Virus record (IMG/VR): IMGVR_UViG_3300023174_000007
Location: 1 to 53,344 of that record
Length of the DNA stretch: 53,344 nucleotides
Source of the DNA: a virus
Lineage: Duplodnaviria; Caudoviricetes
Strand: one strand, 5' to 3'
Shown here piece by piece: positions 25,095 to 35,709 of the stretch; position 1 is the first letter of the stretch; each line of letters starts with the position of its first letter. The position numbers were made by a program, and so were the translations under genes. The notes beneath the pieces are model-generated. The model made no database searches. It saw only the letters and a program-made list of their open reading frames with translations, and was not told where the DNA came from.

Positions 25095-26009
25095 ATGGCC
25101 GCACCAATGCGCAGTACGGACTTTAGAAGCATCGTTGAACCAATTCTCAATGAGTGCTTCGATGGAGTCTATGACCAACGTGTCGATGAATGGTCACGAG
25201 TTTTTCGTGAACAAGAAGGCATTCCACGCAATTACCACGAAGAACCAGTCCTTTATGGATTTGGAGCCGCACCTCAACTGCCTGACGGAACTCCTGTTTC
25301 GTATCAGCAGGGTGGTGTACTCTTCTTACAACGCTATGTGTACAACGTGTTTGGCCTTGCCTTCGCGTTAACCAAAGTGTTGGTTGAAGATGGCGACCAT
25401 ATTCGTATCGGTCAGGTTTATGCACGTCACTTGGCACAGTCTTTGATTGAAACCAAAGAAACTTTGTCAGCAAACGTGTTGAATCGTGCGTTCAACTCAA
25501 GCTACCCCGGCGGTGACGGTGTAGCACTAAACAGTGCTTCTCATCCTATCGTGAATGGCACTTTCAGCAACTTGTTAACTACAGCCGCAAACTTGAGCCA
25601 AACATCTCTCGAACAGATATTGATTCAGATTCGTCAAGCTGTGGACAACAACGGTAAGAAGATTCGTCTAGTTCCACGTCAGTTAGTAGTGGCTCCCGGC
25701 AACATCTTCCAAGCTGAAGTATTGTTGAAATCAGTTCTTCGCGCTGGTACAGGCAACAACGACGTCAACCCAATCAAGTCAATTGGCTTGCTTGACGAAG
25801 GCGCGGCTGTTCTGTCTCGTTTGACTTCACCTACAGCATTTTGGGTGCAGACAGATGCTCCAGAAGGCATGAAGTTGCTGATGCGTCGTAAGTTGGAAAA
25901 GACAATGGAAGGCGATTTTGAAACTGATTCGATGCGCTATAAAGCTACAGAGCGTTATCAAGTTGGCTTCACTGACCCACGCGCCCTTTTCGGCACACCC
26001 GGCGTTTAA
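25095..26009 (+). CDS. Major capsid protein (HK97 fold, Mu gpT-like)
   Basis: 304 aa; GDGVAL.S.SHP, P..LVV.P and RYKATERY..GFTDPR..FG.PG motifs; followed by a terminator. Confidence 0.88.
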   Translation: MAAPMRSTDFRSIVEPILNECFDGVYDQRVDEWSRVFREQEGIPRNYHEEPVLYGFGAAPQLPDGTPVSYQQGGVLFLQRYVYNVFGLAFALTKVLVEDGDHIRIGQVYARHLAQSLIETKETLSANVLNRAFNSSYPGGDGVALNSASHPIVNGTFSNLLTTAANLSQTSLEQILIQIRQAVDNNGKKIRLVPRQLVVAPGNIFQAEVLLKSVLRAGTGNNDVNPIKSIGLLDEGAAVLSRLTSPTAFWVQTDAPEGMKLLMRRKLEKTMEGDFETDSMRYKATERYQVGFTDPRALFGTPGV

Positions 26010-26016
26010 AGTAAGC

Positions 26017-26049
26017 AGGGGCGGGAATAAAACCCTGCCCCTTTTTTTG
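26017..26049 (+). terminator. Rho-independent terminator
   Basis: AGGGGCGGG...CCTGCCCCT stem followed by a T tract. Confidence 0.8.
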
Positions 26050-26087
26050 TAATTTGTATTTGTCAAACTTTTCAAGGAGCAGACAAA

Positions 26088-27065
26088 ATGCCACAATTTT
26101 CAGATGACCTTTTTCTAGGTTCCGCTATTACCTATCAAGGTGCGGACACCTACCCTGCTGTTGCAACTTTTACTGGTTCAATTTCTACCACTACATTAAC
26201 AGTCACCGCCATGCTTTCTGGTGACAATATTGCGGTGGGTATGTTTTTAGATAGTTCAACTTCACTCACCAATGGCACTTACATCACCGCTTTTGGCACA
26301 GGTACTGGCGGTACAGGTACTTACACCGTAAGCGCCTCACAAACGGTAGCAAGCGCCACCATCATTGGTTCTGGTAATGCTTTGTTGCAAAACCCATCCC
26401 CAATGAGTACAGGCGTTGGCCCACTAGGTCGTGTTTATATTTGGGACGTTGTGCCACAAGCAAAATTAACAACTAATATTGTTGCCGCCGTCATCACAAC
26501 TGCTACCACGCTTACGCTTGCCGCAGGTGCTGGTGTTACATCTGCCACGATTACAGGCGGTGGTACAGGCTTGCAACTTGACTGCCCTCGCGCGGTTTCT
26601 ACAACCACAGGTGCTGGTACTCCAACTTCTGTCAACATTACTGTTTCTGGTTATGACTACTACGGTCAAGCCATGAGCGAGGTAATTGCAACAGGAACAG
26701 TGGCGTCTACTACTGTCAGTGGTAAAAAAGCCTTTTACCAAATTGCTAGTGTTGTCTCTTCTGGCGCAAGCGTGGTAACCGTTGCGGTAGGTACAACCGA
26801 CATCTTGGGTGCGCCACTGCGCATCACTGATAGAGGCTACGTCACCCGTGCGGGCTGGGACAATACTTTGGCTGAAGATGCTGGCACCATGACTGTTGCC
26901 GCTACCTTGACGGCTACCACCACAACTGGTGATGTCAGGGGTACTTATTTGCCTTCCTCAGCGGCAGATGGCATCAAACGTCTTGTGATGGGAATAGCCC
27001 TGCCAGCGATTGCGGCAGGCCCGAATGCAACTCGTATTGGCGCTCTTGGCGTCACCCAAGCATAA
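26088..27065 (+). CDS. Virion structural protein (Thr/Gly/Ala-rich)
   Basis: Beta-rich composition; [12 protein letters not shown] motif; located after the capsid gene. Confidence 0.65.
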   Translation: MPQFSDDLFLGSAITYQGADTYPAVATFTGSISTTTLTVTAMLSGDNIAVGMFLDSSTSLTNGTYITAFGTGTGGTGTYTVSASQTVASATIIGSGNALLQNPSPMSTGVGPLGRVYIWDVVPQAKLTTNIVAAVITTATTLTLAAGAGVTSATITGGGTGLQLDCPRAVSTTTGAGTPTSVNITVSGYDYYGQAMSEVIATGTVASTTVSGKKAFYQIASVVSSGASVVTVAVGTTDILGAPLRITDRGYVTRAGWDNTLAEDAGTMTVAATLTATTTTGDVRGTYLPSSAADGIKRLVMGIALPAIAAGPNATRIGALGVTQA

Positions 27066-27075
27066 GGAGCGCGAC

Positions 27076-28296
27076 ATGGGACAATTTAAACCAATGGTCA
27101 AGATGATGACCACTGAGCCTACAGTTGAGTTAAAACTCAAAAAAGGCGGTCACGTCAATATGAAAAAAGGCGGTATGGCTGAAGGTGGTCATAAGAAGAT
27201 GGCTATGGGTGGTGGTGCTTTGGACATGATGTCAGGAACTCCTGCTTTGGTGGGTCGTCCTGCTGTTAATGCTCCTGTTCGCGCCCCCGGCAAACCTTCA
27301 ATGGCTTCACGTCGTAAGGCAATGATGGCTAAACCTGCAATGAAATCTGCAATGCCTGCCGCAATGCCTCCAATGAAAAAAGGTGGCAAAGCAGAAGGTG
27401 GCGAGTCCAAAAAGACGCATATGACTGAGATGTCAAAGATGAAGGGTCTTGAAAAAGAACTAAAGTCTCACGAGTCCAAGCCTGCAAGCAAAGGACATAA
27501 AGGTCTAAAAACTGGTGGTGTTGCTCTTGGTAACGCTGGTGGCTACAAAAAAGGTGGCATGGCTACAGGTGGCGTAAAACTAGGCAATGCTGGTGGCTTC
27601 AAAGACGGTGGTATGTCTATGGTTGAAAAGGGCGGGAAGATGGTTCCTGACTTTGCGGCTGATGGCAAAGGCAAGATGAAAATGGGCGGAATGGCTACTG
27701 GTGGTGTCAAGTTGGGTAATGCTGGAGGCTTTAAAATGGGGGGTAAATCTTCAAAAAAAGCCTACGCGGCGGGGGGAACTGTTAATTCAGGCAAACCCGT
27801 CGCGATGCCACAAGGCGCTAAAAAGCCTTCGCAACCTGTAAGCATCAATCAATTGTCTGGTACTTTCAAAAGGGGTGGAAAAGTTACCCTTGCTGAAGGT
27901 AACTTGATGAAAGCATTCGGTAGAGAAAATGCTTCAGCCATGAAGTCGGCTAAAGCAAAATCTAACGAGGTCTACAGCAAGTATGGCAATATGAAGATGG
28001 CTGGTGGTGGTTCAACTTCTGACAAAGAGATGGATGTATCAAACGGCGCGTATGACGCTCACTATGCTCGTGAAAAGGCAGAGAATGAGGCAGACCGCAA
28101 GATGATGACTGATGCTCTGATGTTCTTGCCACGCCAAGCTAAGAAGGTTTATGCAAGCCTAACTGGTCAAGGCGCTGTAAGTGATAAAGAGAAATCAATG
28201 TCTCCTTCTATGAGAGGTCAAGGTTCTGTTACAGAAACTGAAAAATCTATAACAGTATCCCCAGCAGGTAAAAAACGCGGTGGACGTGCTTGTTAA
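27076..28296 (+). CDS. Basic low-complexity protein with about 18 xxxGG repeats
   Basis: AAGGAG RBS, ATG 27076; MKKGG, MAEGG, YKKGG, FKDGG, MATGG and others. Confidence 0.8.
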   Translation: MGQFKPMVKMMTTEPTVELKLKKGGHVNMKKGGMAEGGHKKMAMGGGALDMMSGTPALVGRPAVNAPVRAPGKPSMASRRKAMMAKPAMKSAMPAAMPPMKKGGKAEGGESKKTHMTEMSKMKGLEKELKSHESKPASKGHKGLKTGGVALGNAGGYKKGGMATGGVKLGNAGGFKDGGMSMVEKGGKMVPDFAADGKGKMKMGGMATGGVKLGNAGGFKMGGKSSKKAYAAGGTVNSGKPVAMPQGAKKPSQPVSINQLSGTFKRGGKVTLAEGNLMKAFGRENASAMKSAKAKSNEVYSKYGNMKMAGGGSTSDKEMDVSNGAYDAHYAREKAENEADRKMMTDALMFLPRQAKKVYASLTGQGAVSDKEKSMSPSMRGQGSVTETEKSITVSPAGKKRGGRAC

Positions 28297-28301
28297 AAAT
28301 T

Positions 28302-28327
28302 AGTGGGGGGTTCGCCCCCTGCTTTTA
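28302..28327 (+). terminator. Rho-independent terminator
   Basis: AGTGGGGGG-TTCG-CCCCCTGCT followed by TTT. Confidence 0.7.
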
Positions 28328-28340
28328 ATTGGAGAAATGA

Positions 28341-28760
28341 ATGACTATTACGGCTACATCCCAAACATTATTTGATGGCGAAAGAGTCGCCATTATGAAG
28401 TTTTATGCATCAATGAGTACGACTGAAAATGAATCTGCGGTTGCAAAAGTAACTCCTTCAGCACTTTTGCCATCCAATGCAGGCGGTGCTTGTGATGGCG
28501 TAACCATTTTAAAATGCACGGCAATGACGCATGGCTTAGAAGTTCAAATGAATTGGAAAGCAAGTACACCAGTTGTTATTGAAATTATTCCGCCAAATAC
28601 AAATTACACCCAAGACTATTCAGGTTTTGGTGGTTTGTGGAACAACGCAGGTACTGGTAAAGATGGCGTCATTACTTTTACAACTTTAGATGGTAGTGCT
28701 GGAGATGCATACACAGTCATCTTGGAAATGCAAAAACATTACGTTAACCCAGTGACATAA
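28341..28760 (+). CDS. Putative virion protein
   Basis: GGAG RBS; DYSGFGGL.NNAG.G..G.I.FTT...GD.YTVILE..K. Confidence 0.65.
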   Translation: MTITATSQTLFDGERVAIMKFYASMSTTENESAVAKVTPSALLPSNAGGACDGVTILKCTAMTHGLEVQMNWKASTPVVIEIIPPNTNYTQDYSGFGGLWNNAGTGKDGVITFTTLDGSAGDAYTVILEMQKHYVNPVT

Positions 28761-28762
28761 TC

Positions 28763-29071
28763 ATGCCAAGCAAATCACCAGCCCAACACAAATTGATGGC
28801 GGCGGTTGCGCACAATCCTGACTTTGCAAAAAAAGTTGGCATTCCCACCAAGGTAGGAAAAGAGTTTGTACAGGCAGATAAAAAGAAAATGGCTGATGGT
28901 GGTAACGTCAACGAAGCTGGTAACTACACTAAACCTGAACTTAGAAAGCGTATTGTTTCTCAAGTAAAGTCTCAAGCTGTGCAAGGTACTGGAGCAGGTC
29001 AGTGGTCTGCTCGAAAGGCTCAGTTGGTTGCCAAGAAGTACAAAGATGCAGGTGGTGGTTATCGTGATTAA
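28763..29071 (+). CDS. Small basic protein (two modules joined by MADGG)
   Basis: MPSKSPAQHKLMAAVAHNP module + MADGG + NYTKP.LR...GQWSARKAQL module. Confidence 0.75.
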   Translation: MPSKSPAQHKLMAAVAHNPDFAKKVGIPTKVGKEFVQADKKKMADGGNVNEAGNYTKPELRKRIVSQVKSQAVQGTGAGQWSARKAQLVAKKYKDAGGGYRD

Positions 29072-29303
29072 AAAGCCGCAACAATCATTGAAGGATTGGG
29101 GCGACCAAAAATGGAGAACTAAAAGTGGAAAACCGTCTAGTAAAACAGGTGAAAGATACCTTCCAGAGTCTGCAATTAAAAGCCTTAGCCCTGCTGAATA
29201 TGCTTCAACGACCAAAGCAAAAAGAGAAGGAAAAGCCGCAGGAAAACAATTTGTAGCGCAACCCAAAAAAATTGCACAGAAAACAGCTAAATATAGGTTT
29301 TAA
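29064..29303 (+). CDS. Small basic protein (DUF5872-like)
   Basis: GTG 29064; SLKDW..QKWRT.SGKPS..TGERYLP...GKQFV.QP. Confidence 0.7.
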   Translation: MIKKPQQSLKDWGDQKWRTKSGKPSSKTGERYLPESAIKSLSPAEYASTTKAKREGKAAGKQFVAQPKKIAQKTAKYRF

Positions 29304-29305
29304 TT

Positions 29306-29560
29306 ATGTCAAAAAAGACTCCTTCTCTTGCTATTGGTCGTGGTGAAAAGTTGTCTGTTGAAAAAGGTGCTGGATTAACAGCAAAAGGTCGTGCAAAATA
29401 CAATAGAGAAACTGGAAGTCATTTAAAGGCTCCACAACCACAAGGTGGAGCAAGAAAAGATTCGTTTTGTGCAAGAATGGCAGGTGTTGTAGAGAATGCA
29501 AAGGGTGATGCTCCAAGAGCAAAGGCATCACTGAGGCGTTGGAAATGCTCTGGTTGGTAA
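29306..29560 (+). CDS. Small basic protein (DUF6321-like)
   Basis: GLTAKGR..YN..TGS.LKAP...SFCARM...SLRRW.C. Confidence 0.7.
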   Translation: MSKKTPSLAIGRGEKLSVEKGAGLTAKGRAKYNRETGSHLKAPQPQGGARKDSFCARMAGVVENAKGDAPRAKASLRRWKCSGW

Positions 29561-29569
29561 AGGATAGAC

Positions 29570-30640
29570 ATGGCGTACTCTGACACCTATGGACAAACAT
29601 ACAACGTACAGACGTTGATTGACCACGGCGCTCGTCGATGCGGCAAGTTGGCTGAAGAACTAACCTCCGAGCAAGTTTTGACTTCGCGTCAATCGCTAGG
29701 GTTCCTTCTTTCTAACCTCATTAATCGAGGTATTCAATATTGGTGTATCAGCAAAGAGGTTATAGGGCTGTCTGCGGACAAATACCGCTATACCCTACCT
29801 AGTGGTGCTGTTGACACTTTAAACGTCTTATATCGCACATTAAATCGCCCAGTAGGGGCATATACGTCTTCTGCTGGCGGTACGATTGCAAATCTATACG
29901 ATGGCGACGTCGATACTTATACGCAACAAACTTCTGCAAATGGTAACTTTACGGTCAATTTTGGCACAACAAACCCCATCTATGCGGGTTCTATTGGATT
30001 TTTACCTTATATTGCTAATAATGGGTCTGCAACGTGGAATATTGCACTGCAATACTCGATGGATGGCACGACTTATTACGATTTAGAGAACCTTGGGGCA
30101 ATTGCTGTTAAGGACAACACATGGGTATGGACAGACATAGACCCCGGTCAAAACGTCCCCTTCTATCGAATTAAAGCCTCAAGTGGCACTACTTTAGCTT
30201 TGCGTGAGTGGTACATAGGTAATAACAGCACCGAAGTAATGATGTCTCGCTTAAATCGCGATGACTACACCAATTTACCAAATAAGAACTTTACGGCAAA
30301 CCAACCCTTCCAATTTTGGTTTGACCGCACAATTCCAACCCCAACCATCTATTTGTGGCCTACACCAAGCAATCCTTTTGTACAAATGACTGTATGGTAT
30401 TCCACGCAAATTATGGATGTTGGTGCTTTAACAGATGAGTTACAGATACCTCAGCGTTGGTATGAGGCTGTTATTTTCATGCTGGCTCATAGGATGAGCC
30501 TCGAACTCCCGCAAGTTGCTATGGATAGAGTGAACTATCTAGAAAAGATGGCGGATAAGTATTTATACGAAGCAGAGCAGGAAGAGCGCGACAAGTCGCC
30601 GATTTACTTTGCCCCTAATATTTCAGTTTACACAAGATAA
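29570..30640 (+). CDS. Head-tail adaptor-like structural protein with an inserted beta domain
   Basis: A.RRCG...SL..LLS...NRG...W N-terminus; LWP.P and P.RW C-terminus; central NLYDGDVDT insert. Confidence 0.6.
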   Translation: MAYSDTYGQTYNVQTLIDHGARRCGKLAEELTSEQVLTSRQSLGFLLSNLINRGIQYWCISKEVIGLSADKYRYTLPSGAVDTLNVLYRTLNRPVGAYTSSAGGTIANLYDGDVDTYTQQTSANGNFTVNFGTTNPIYAGSIGFLPYIANNGSATWNIALQYSMDGTTYYDLENLGAIAVKDNTWVWTDIDPGQNVPFYRIKASSGTTLALREWYIGNNSTEVMMSRLNRDDYTNLPNKNFTANQPFQFWFDRTIPTPTIYLWPTPSNPFVQMTVWYSTQIMDVGALTDELQIPQRWYEAVIFMLAHRMSLELPQVAMDRVNYLEKMADKYLYEAEQEERDKSPIYFAPNISVYTR

Positions 30641-30999
30641 TGCCTATTTTTCTTGACACCGAGGGACTCACTTCACTTGCAATCGCGGTATGCGATAGGT
30701 GCAAGATGAAGCGTACCTATGTGGACTTGAGGCCAGATGGAAACAGCCCCGGCCTTCGCGTATGCGGACAAGGCTGTTGGGATACCCTAGACCCCTACCG
30801 TTTGGCGGCACGGAAAACCGAAAGGATTAACCTTCGGTTTGCACGCCCTGATGTGAGTGTTGCGGCTAACGATAACTTCTTAATGACTGGCGGAACAAGC
30901 GAGTTCCAAATTTCGACCGAACAAAATACTCAAACTCCTACTAACACAGGGAATAAGGACACTATTGCGCCTAATCCCCCAAACAATACGAGTACATAA
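30640..30999 (+). CDS. Hypothetical protein with a Cys4 zinc-binding motif
   Basis: AVCDRC...GLRVC...CWD. Confidence 0.7.
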   Translation: MPIFLDTEGLTSLAIAVCDRCKMKRTYVDLRPDGNSPGLRVCGQGCWDTLDPYRLAARKTERINLRFARPDVSVAANDNFLMTGGTSEFQISTEQNTQTPTNTGNKDTIAPNPPNNTST

Positions 31000-33030
31000 A
31001 TGTCCGCACAAGTCACCATACTACAACTCCCAGCGGCAGGTGCTATTACAGGCGCAGAGGCTGTTCCTATTGTCCAAAATGGCGTAACAGTGCAGACGAC
31101 GACGAGTGCAATTGCCGCCGCTCCGTCGCAGGTTTACACCTATTTGACAGTTTCCCAAACACCTCAGCTTCCTAATAGTCGCTATGTTGGCGTGACAAAT
31201 GGTTTAGTGATTACAGACGGTGGCGCTCAAGGACTCTTCAATATAAGCACTACAGGCGCTTTATTGTCTTTAGTGAACTCTGGTACTGGCTTTCAGGTAA
31301 AAACGTCTTCTACAGTTATTACCAATCGTTCTATAGCCGTTTCTGGTGCTGGTATTGCAATTACCAATGGAACTGGTATATCTGGTAACCCAACCATCGC
31401 TTTAGATGGTCAAGTATTGAACTTGGCAAACCTCAGCGCTAATGGTTTGATGACCATTTCTTCTGGTGGCGCTATTAGCGCGGTGACTCTTTTAGGCACA
31501 GCCAATCAAGTTACGGTCGCTAACGGTAACGGCGTGAGCGGTGTACCAACAATTTCTTTAGCAGACAATCCTATTTTGGGTGGTACTGCTAGTCTTACTT
31601 TACCTATTGGAGCGACTGGAAGTCGTCCAGTAGCGCCAGTCAATGGCATGATTCGATACAACTCAACAACGGCTCGTTTTGAGGGATACCAAGGTGGGGC
31701 ATGGGTTTCTTTAGGTTCTGGTGATGGAACTATCTCGGTTGTTACTGGAACTGCTGACCAAATAACAGTTACTAATGGAACTACGGCTCCAGTCATTAGT
31801 TTGGCTTCTAACCCAATAGTGCCGGGTACTGGTAGCATTGCCTTCCCAGCAGGAACAACAGGGCAGAGAAGTCTAGGCCCAATTAATGGAATGTTCCGCT
31901 ATAACACGACTACAGCAACCTTTGAGGGCTATGCTAATGGTGCATGGGGTTCAGTTATTACGGGTTCTGGCGTTACTTCTGTTGGAACTGGAACTGGACT
32001 TACTGGTGGCCCAATCACCTCTACAGGTACGATTTCAATTGATACGACCGTTGTTGCCACTTTAACTGGTACACAAACGCTAACAAACAAAACAATCAGC
32101 GGTTCAAGCAACACATTGACCAACATTGCCAATGCAAGCCTTACTAATAGTTCTGTGACCTACAACGGTATTACGGTTGCTTTAGGTGCTTCTGGGACTA
32201 TTACTGCTACAGCAACCAATGCATTGACTATTGGCACAGGTTTGACTGGCACTTCATACAATGGCTCAACCGCCGTGACGATTGCCATAGACTCTACCGT
32301 GGCAACATTAACAGGCACTCAGACTTTAACCAATAAAACTCTTACTAGCCCTATTCTAACAACTCCTGCGTTAGGAACTCCTGCGTCAGGTGTGATGACT
32401 AATGTTACTGGTTTGCCTTTAACAACAGGCGTAACTGGAACTTTACCAATTGCCAATGGCGGCACGAACGGAACGGCAACACCAACATCTAACGGAGTTG
32501 TATACGGGACTGGGACGACGATTGCTTATACGGCGGCTGGGACTACGGGACAAGTATTAACAGCTACTACAAGCGGCGCACCGACTTGGGCATCCCCAGC
32601 AACAAGTGGTACGGTCACATCAGTTAGTTTTACTGGTGGTATTATTACTGTTGCTACTGCAACCACAACCCCAGCGTTCACAGTTGCTGGAACAAGCGGT
32701 GGAATACCCTACTTTACAAGCACAAGCACTTGGGCAACATCTGCACTCTTGGCGGCAAATGCTTTAATGATTGGTGGCGGCGCTGGAGTTGCACCAAGTA
32801 CCGTGACTACTGGGACAGGCGTTGTAACGGCTCTAGGAGTCAATACAGGCACGGCAGGGGCATTCGTAGTAAATGGCGGCGTATTAGGTACACCAAGCAG
32901 TGGTACGGTCACAAATTTAACAGGTACTGCATCAATTAATATTAATGGTACTGTTGGTGCTACAACGCCTACAACAGGAAACTTTACAACAGTCACTGCC
33001 ACTACAGGCATTTTTGGAGGAACATTCTAA
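31000..33030 (+). CDS. Tail fibre protein
   Basis: Thr/Gly-rich; duplicated P.G.T..R....NGM.RYN.TT..FEGY..GAW and [13 protein letters not shown] repeats. Confidence 0.8.
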   Translation: MSAQVTILQLPAAGAITGAEAVPIVQNGVTVQTTTSAIAAAPSQVYTYLTVSQTPQLPNSRYVGVTNGLVITDGGAQGLFNISTTGALLSLVNSGTGFQVKTSSTVITNRSIAVSGAGIAITNGTGISGNPTIALDGQVLNLANLSANGLMTISSGGAISAVTLLGTANQVTVANGNGVSGVPTISLADNPILGGTASLTLPIGATGSRPVAPVNGMIRYNSTTARFEGYQGGAWVSLGSGDGTISVVTGTADQITVTNGTTAPVISLASNPIVPGTGSIAFPAGTTGQRSLGPINGMFRYNTTTATFEGYANGAWGSVITGSGVTSVGTGTGLTGGPITSTGTISIDTTVVATLTGTQTLTNKTISGSSNTLTNIANASLTNSSVTYNGITVALGASGTITATATNALTIGTGLTGTSYNGSTAVTIAIDSTVATLTGTQTLTNKTLTSPILTTPALGTPASGVMTNVTGLPLTTGVTGTLPIANGGTNGTATPTSNGVVYGTGTTIAYTAAGTTGQVLTATTSGAPTWASPATSGTVTSVSFTGGIITVATATTTPAFTVAGTSGGIPYFTSTSTWATSALLAANALMIGGGAGVAPSTVTTGTGVVTALGVNTGTAGAFVVNGGVLGTPSSGTVTNLTGTASININGTVGATTPTTGNFTTVTATTGIFGGTF

Positions 33031-35699
33031 TGTCACAAGCAGGCTATACGCCCTTATCTCTCTACTACAGCACCACTGCGGCGGCTGTACCAACTGCTGG
33101 TAACTTAGCAAACGGTGAGTTGGCTATCAACATTACCGATGGAAAGTTGTACTATAAAAGCAATGCTGGAACTGTTACATTATTGGCCTCAACTTCAGGC
33201 GCATCAGGTGATGTAGTTGGCCCAGCAAGTGCTACGGATAACGCCCTAGCAAGGTTTGATTTAACAACAGGCAAACTAATACAGAACTCAGTTGGCATAT
33301 TGAGTGATGCAGGTATTCTGACAGGCTTGACAGGGTTGACATCATCAGGCTCGATTACATTCTCTAGTCTAACAAGTGGTCGTGTTCCATACGCAACAAC
33401 CGCAGGTCTACTAACAGACTCAGCCAACTTAACTTTTAATGGTACTACCTTAACTGCTAATGACTTTACTGATTCCTCTTTAACATCGGGTCGTGTAACC
33501 TACGCAGGTGCAAGCGGTAACTTGGTGGACTCAGCCAACCTTTTATACTCTGGTACTGACTTAACTGTTTATGGTCTTACTGTTGGTCGTGGTGCAGGTG
33601 CTGTGTCTACCAATACTGCGGTGGGTTTTAACACTATTTCGGGTTCGAATACTGGCGCAAATAATACGGCTGTTGGTTGGGAGGCTTTAAAGGTAAACAC
33701 TTCTGGCGCACAGAATGTTGCAATTGGGCGGTCTGCGCTTGCGGCAAATCTTGCGGGTACAGGTAACAGTGCATTAGGAGTTGGCGCTCTTTCGGTAAAT
33801 CAAAGCGGTTCATACAACACCGCTATTGGCGGTGACGCTCTTTTAGGTAATATCTCAGCATCTAATAACACAGCAGTAGGTTATCAAGCGGCTTATTCTA
33901 ACACTACTGGCACAGAAAACGTAGCGCTTGGGGAAAGCGCATTTCGCACTAATACAACTGGTTCATATAACACGGTTGCTGGTAAAAACTCCATGTATTT
34001 CAATACAACAGGTAGTTATAATGCTGCTTTTGGTAAAGATGCTTTAGCAAACAACACCACCGCCTCATACAATACTGCAGTAGGTCAGCAAGCAATGAGT
34101 GCCAACACTACTGGATTTAACTCTACTGCTGTTGGCTATAGAGCATTAGCGGCACAAACTACAACAAACTCCAATACCGCAGTTGGTTATGTGTCCATGA
34201 CTTCTACCACAAGTGGCTATGCAAATTCCGCATTTGGTGCTGACTCATTAGCAATAAACACTACTGGGTTTTTTAATGGTGCTTTTGGTCAAGCGGCATT
34301 GTATCAAAACACAACTGGAGCGTATAACACTGCTGTTGGTGCATCAGCATTATTCTCAAACACTACCGCCTCTGGTAACACAGCAGTAGGTTTTCGGGCA
34401 GGGTATTCAACTACAGGCGCACAGAATACTTGGATGGGTTCTGATACAGGCTATTCTAATACATCTGGCGTACAAAACACAGGACTTGGATTACAGGCGC
34501 TTTATTTAAACACCTCCGCCTCTAACAACACAGCAGTAGGTTATCAGGCGGCTTATACAAATACAACTGGTATAAATCTTGTGGCAATAGGTTGGGGCGC
34601 CCTTTACTCTAATTCTACCGCTAATAATAATACGGCTGTTGGGTTTGGTGCTATGTACTATAACACTACAGGCACATCAAACACTGGTTTAGGTTTACAG
34701 ACTTTATATAATAATGGTACTGGTATTAATAATACAGCAGTAGGTCTTCAGACAATGTATACAAACACTAGTGGAAATTACTGTACTGCCGTAGGTTACA
34801 AAGCCTTATATACAAATAATGCTGATGGGAATACTGGAATTGGTCATCAGGCAGGGACAAGTAATACATCTGGTATACAAAATACATTTGTTGGTAGTCA
34901 ATGTGCCGTTCCAAATACAACTGGCTCATATAATTCAGCATTAGGTGGAAATGCTTTTGCAACAAATACAACAGGTTCTTCCAATACAGCAATGGGGTAT
35001 GGCGCACTTAATTCAAACACCAGTGCTAGTGCCAATACTTGTATAGGTTATCAAGCAGGTACGTCTGGCAATGGCGGTTCATTCGGTGGTAATGTTATGG
35101 TTGGATATAGTGCTGGACAAGCCGCAACCACTGGAGATTCAAATGTTTTGCTTGGCACTCAGGCTGGCTACTATACTGGTAGTGGAGGTGCAAATATAAC
35201 TACTGGCGCAGGTAATATGATTGTAGGCGCCTACGCTACTGTAGGTACTGCAACAGACAATTATTCTTTTGTTGTTGGGTATGCAGCAGTTGGTAAAGGT
35301 ACTAGTACAGGGTTTATTAGTCCAAACTCTGGCGGTAGTGTTTATCAAGGTAACAACTCTGCAACTTGGGCTATTACTTCTGACCAAAGACTCAAGAAAA
35401 ACATTGTAGACAACAACATAGGTCTAGATAAGATTACGCAGATTCAAGTGCGTAACTTTGAGTATCGTCTGCCTACAGAAGTTACAGATTTACCACAAAA
35501 TCAAGCAATTAAAAAAGAAGGTGTTCAACTTGGTGTTATTGCCCAAGAACTTCAACAAGTATTGCCTGAGTGCGTTAAGACTGAATCAACTGGGGTAATG
35601 TCTGTTGACTCGGACAACTTAACTTGGTACATGATTAACGCAATAAAAGAGTTAAAAGCAGAAGTAGATTCACTTAAACAACAACTTGCATCTAGATAG
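33030..35699 (+). CDS. Tail fibre/receptor-binding protein with NTAVG repeats and a C-terminal S74-type intramolecular chaperone
   Basis: GELAIN.TDGKLYYK; many N(T/S)A(V/F)G..AL 14-aa repeats; TSDQRLKKNI...GVIAQEL...AIKELK. Confidence 0.88.
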   Translation: MSQAGYTPLSLYYSTTAAAVPTAGNLANGELAINITDGKLYYKSNAGTVTLLASTSGASGDVVGPASATDNALARFDLTTGKLIQNSVGILSDAGILTGLTGLTSSGSITFSSLTSGRVPYATTAGLLTDSANLTFNGTTLTANDFTDSSLTSGRVTYAGASGNLVDSANLLYSGTDLTVYGLTVGRGAGAVSTNTAVGFNTISGSNTGANNTAVGWEALKVNTSGAQNVAIGRSALAANLAGTGNSALGVGALSVNQSGSYNTAIGGDALLGNISASNNTAVGYQAAYSNTTGTENVALGESAFRTNTTGSYNTVAGKNSMYFNTTGSYNAAFGKDALANNTTASYNTAVGQQAMSANTTGFNSTAVGYRALAAQTTTNSNTAVGYVSMTSTTSGYANSAFGADSLAINTTGFFNGAFGQAALYQNTTGAYNTAVGASALFSNTTASGNTAVGFRAGYSTTGAQNTWMGSDTGYSNTSGVQNTGLGLQALYLNTSASNNTAVGYQAAYTNTTGINLVAIGWGALYSNSTANNNTAVGFGAMYYNTTGTSNTGLGLQTLYNNGTGINNTAVGLQTMYTNTSGNYCTAVGYKALYTNNADGNTGIGHQAGTSNTSGIQNTFVGSQCAVPNTTGSYNSALGGNAFATNTTGSSNTAMGYGALNSNTSASANTCIGYQAGTSGNGGSFGGNVMVGYSAGQAATTGDSNVLLGTQAGYYTGSGGANITTGAGNMIVGAYATVGTATDNYSFVVGYAAVGKGTSTGFISPNSGGSVYQGNNSATWAITSDQRLKKNIVDNNIGLDKITQIQVRNFEYRLPTEVTDLPQNQAIKKEGVQLGVIAQELQQVLPECVKTESTGVMSVDSDNLTWYMINAIKELKAEVDSLKQQLASR

Positions 35700-35709
35700 G
35701 AGAATTAAA

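Noticed and set aside
31000-35699. Diversity-generating retroelement suggested by Mtd-like repeats in the tail fibres
   Set aside because: No reverse transcriptase, and no template/variable repeat pair differing only at adenines was seen.
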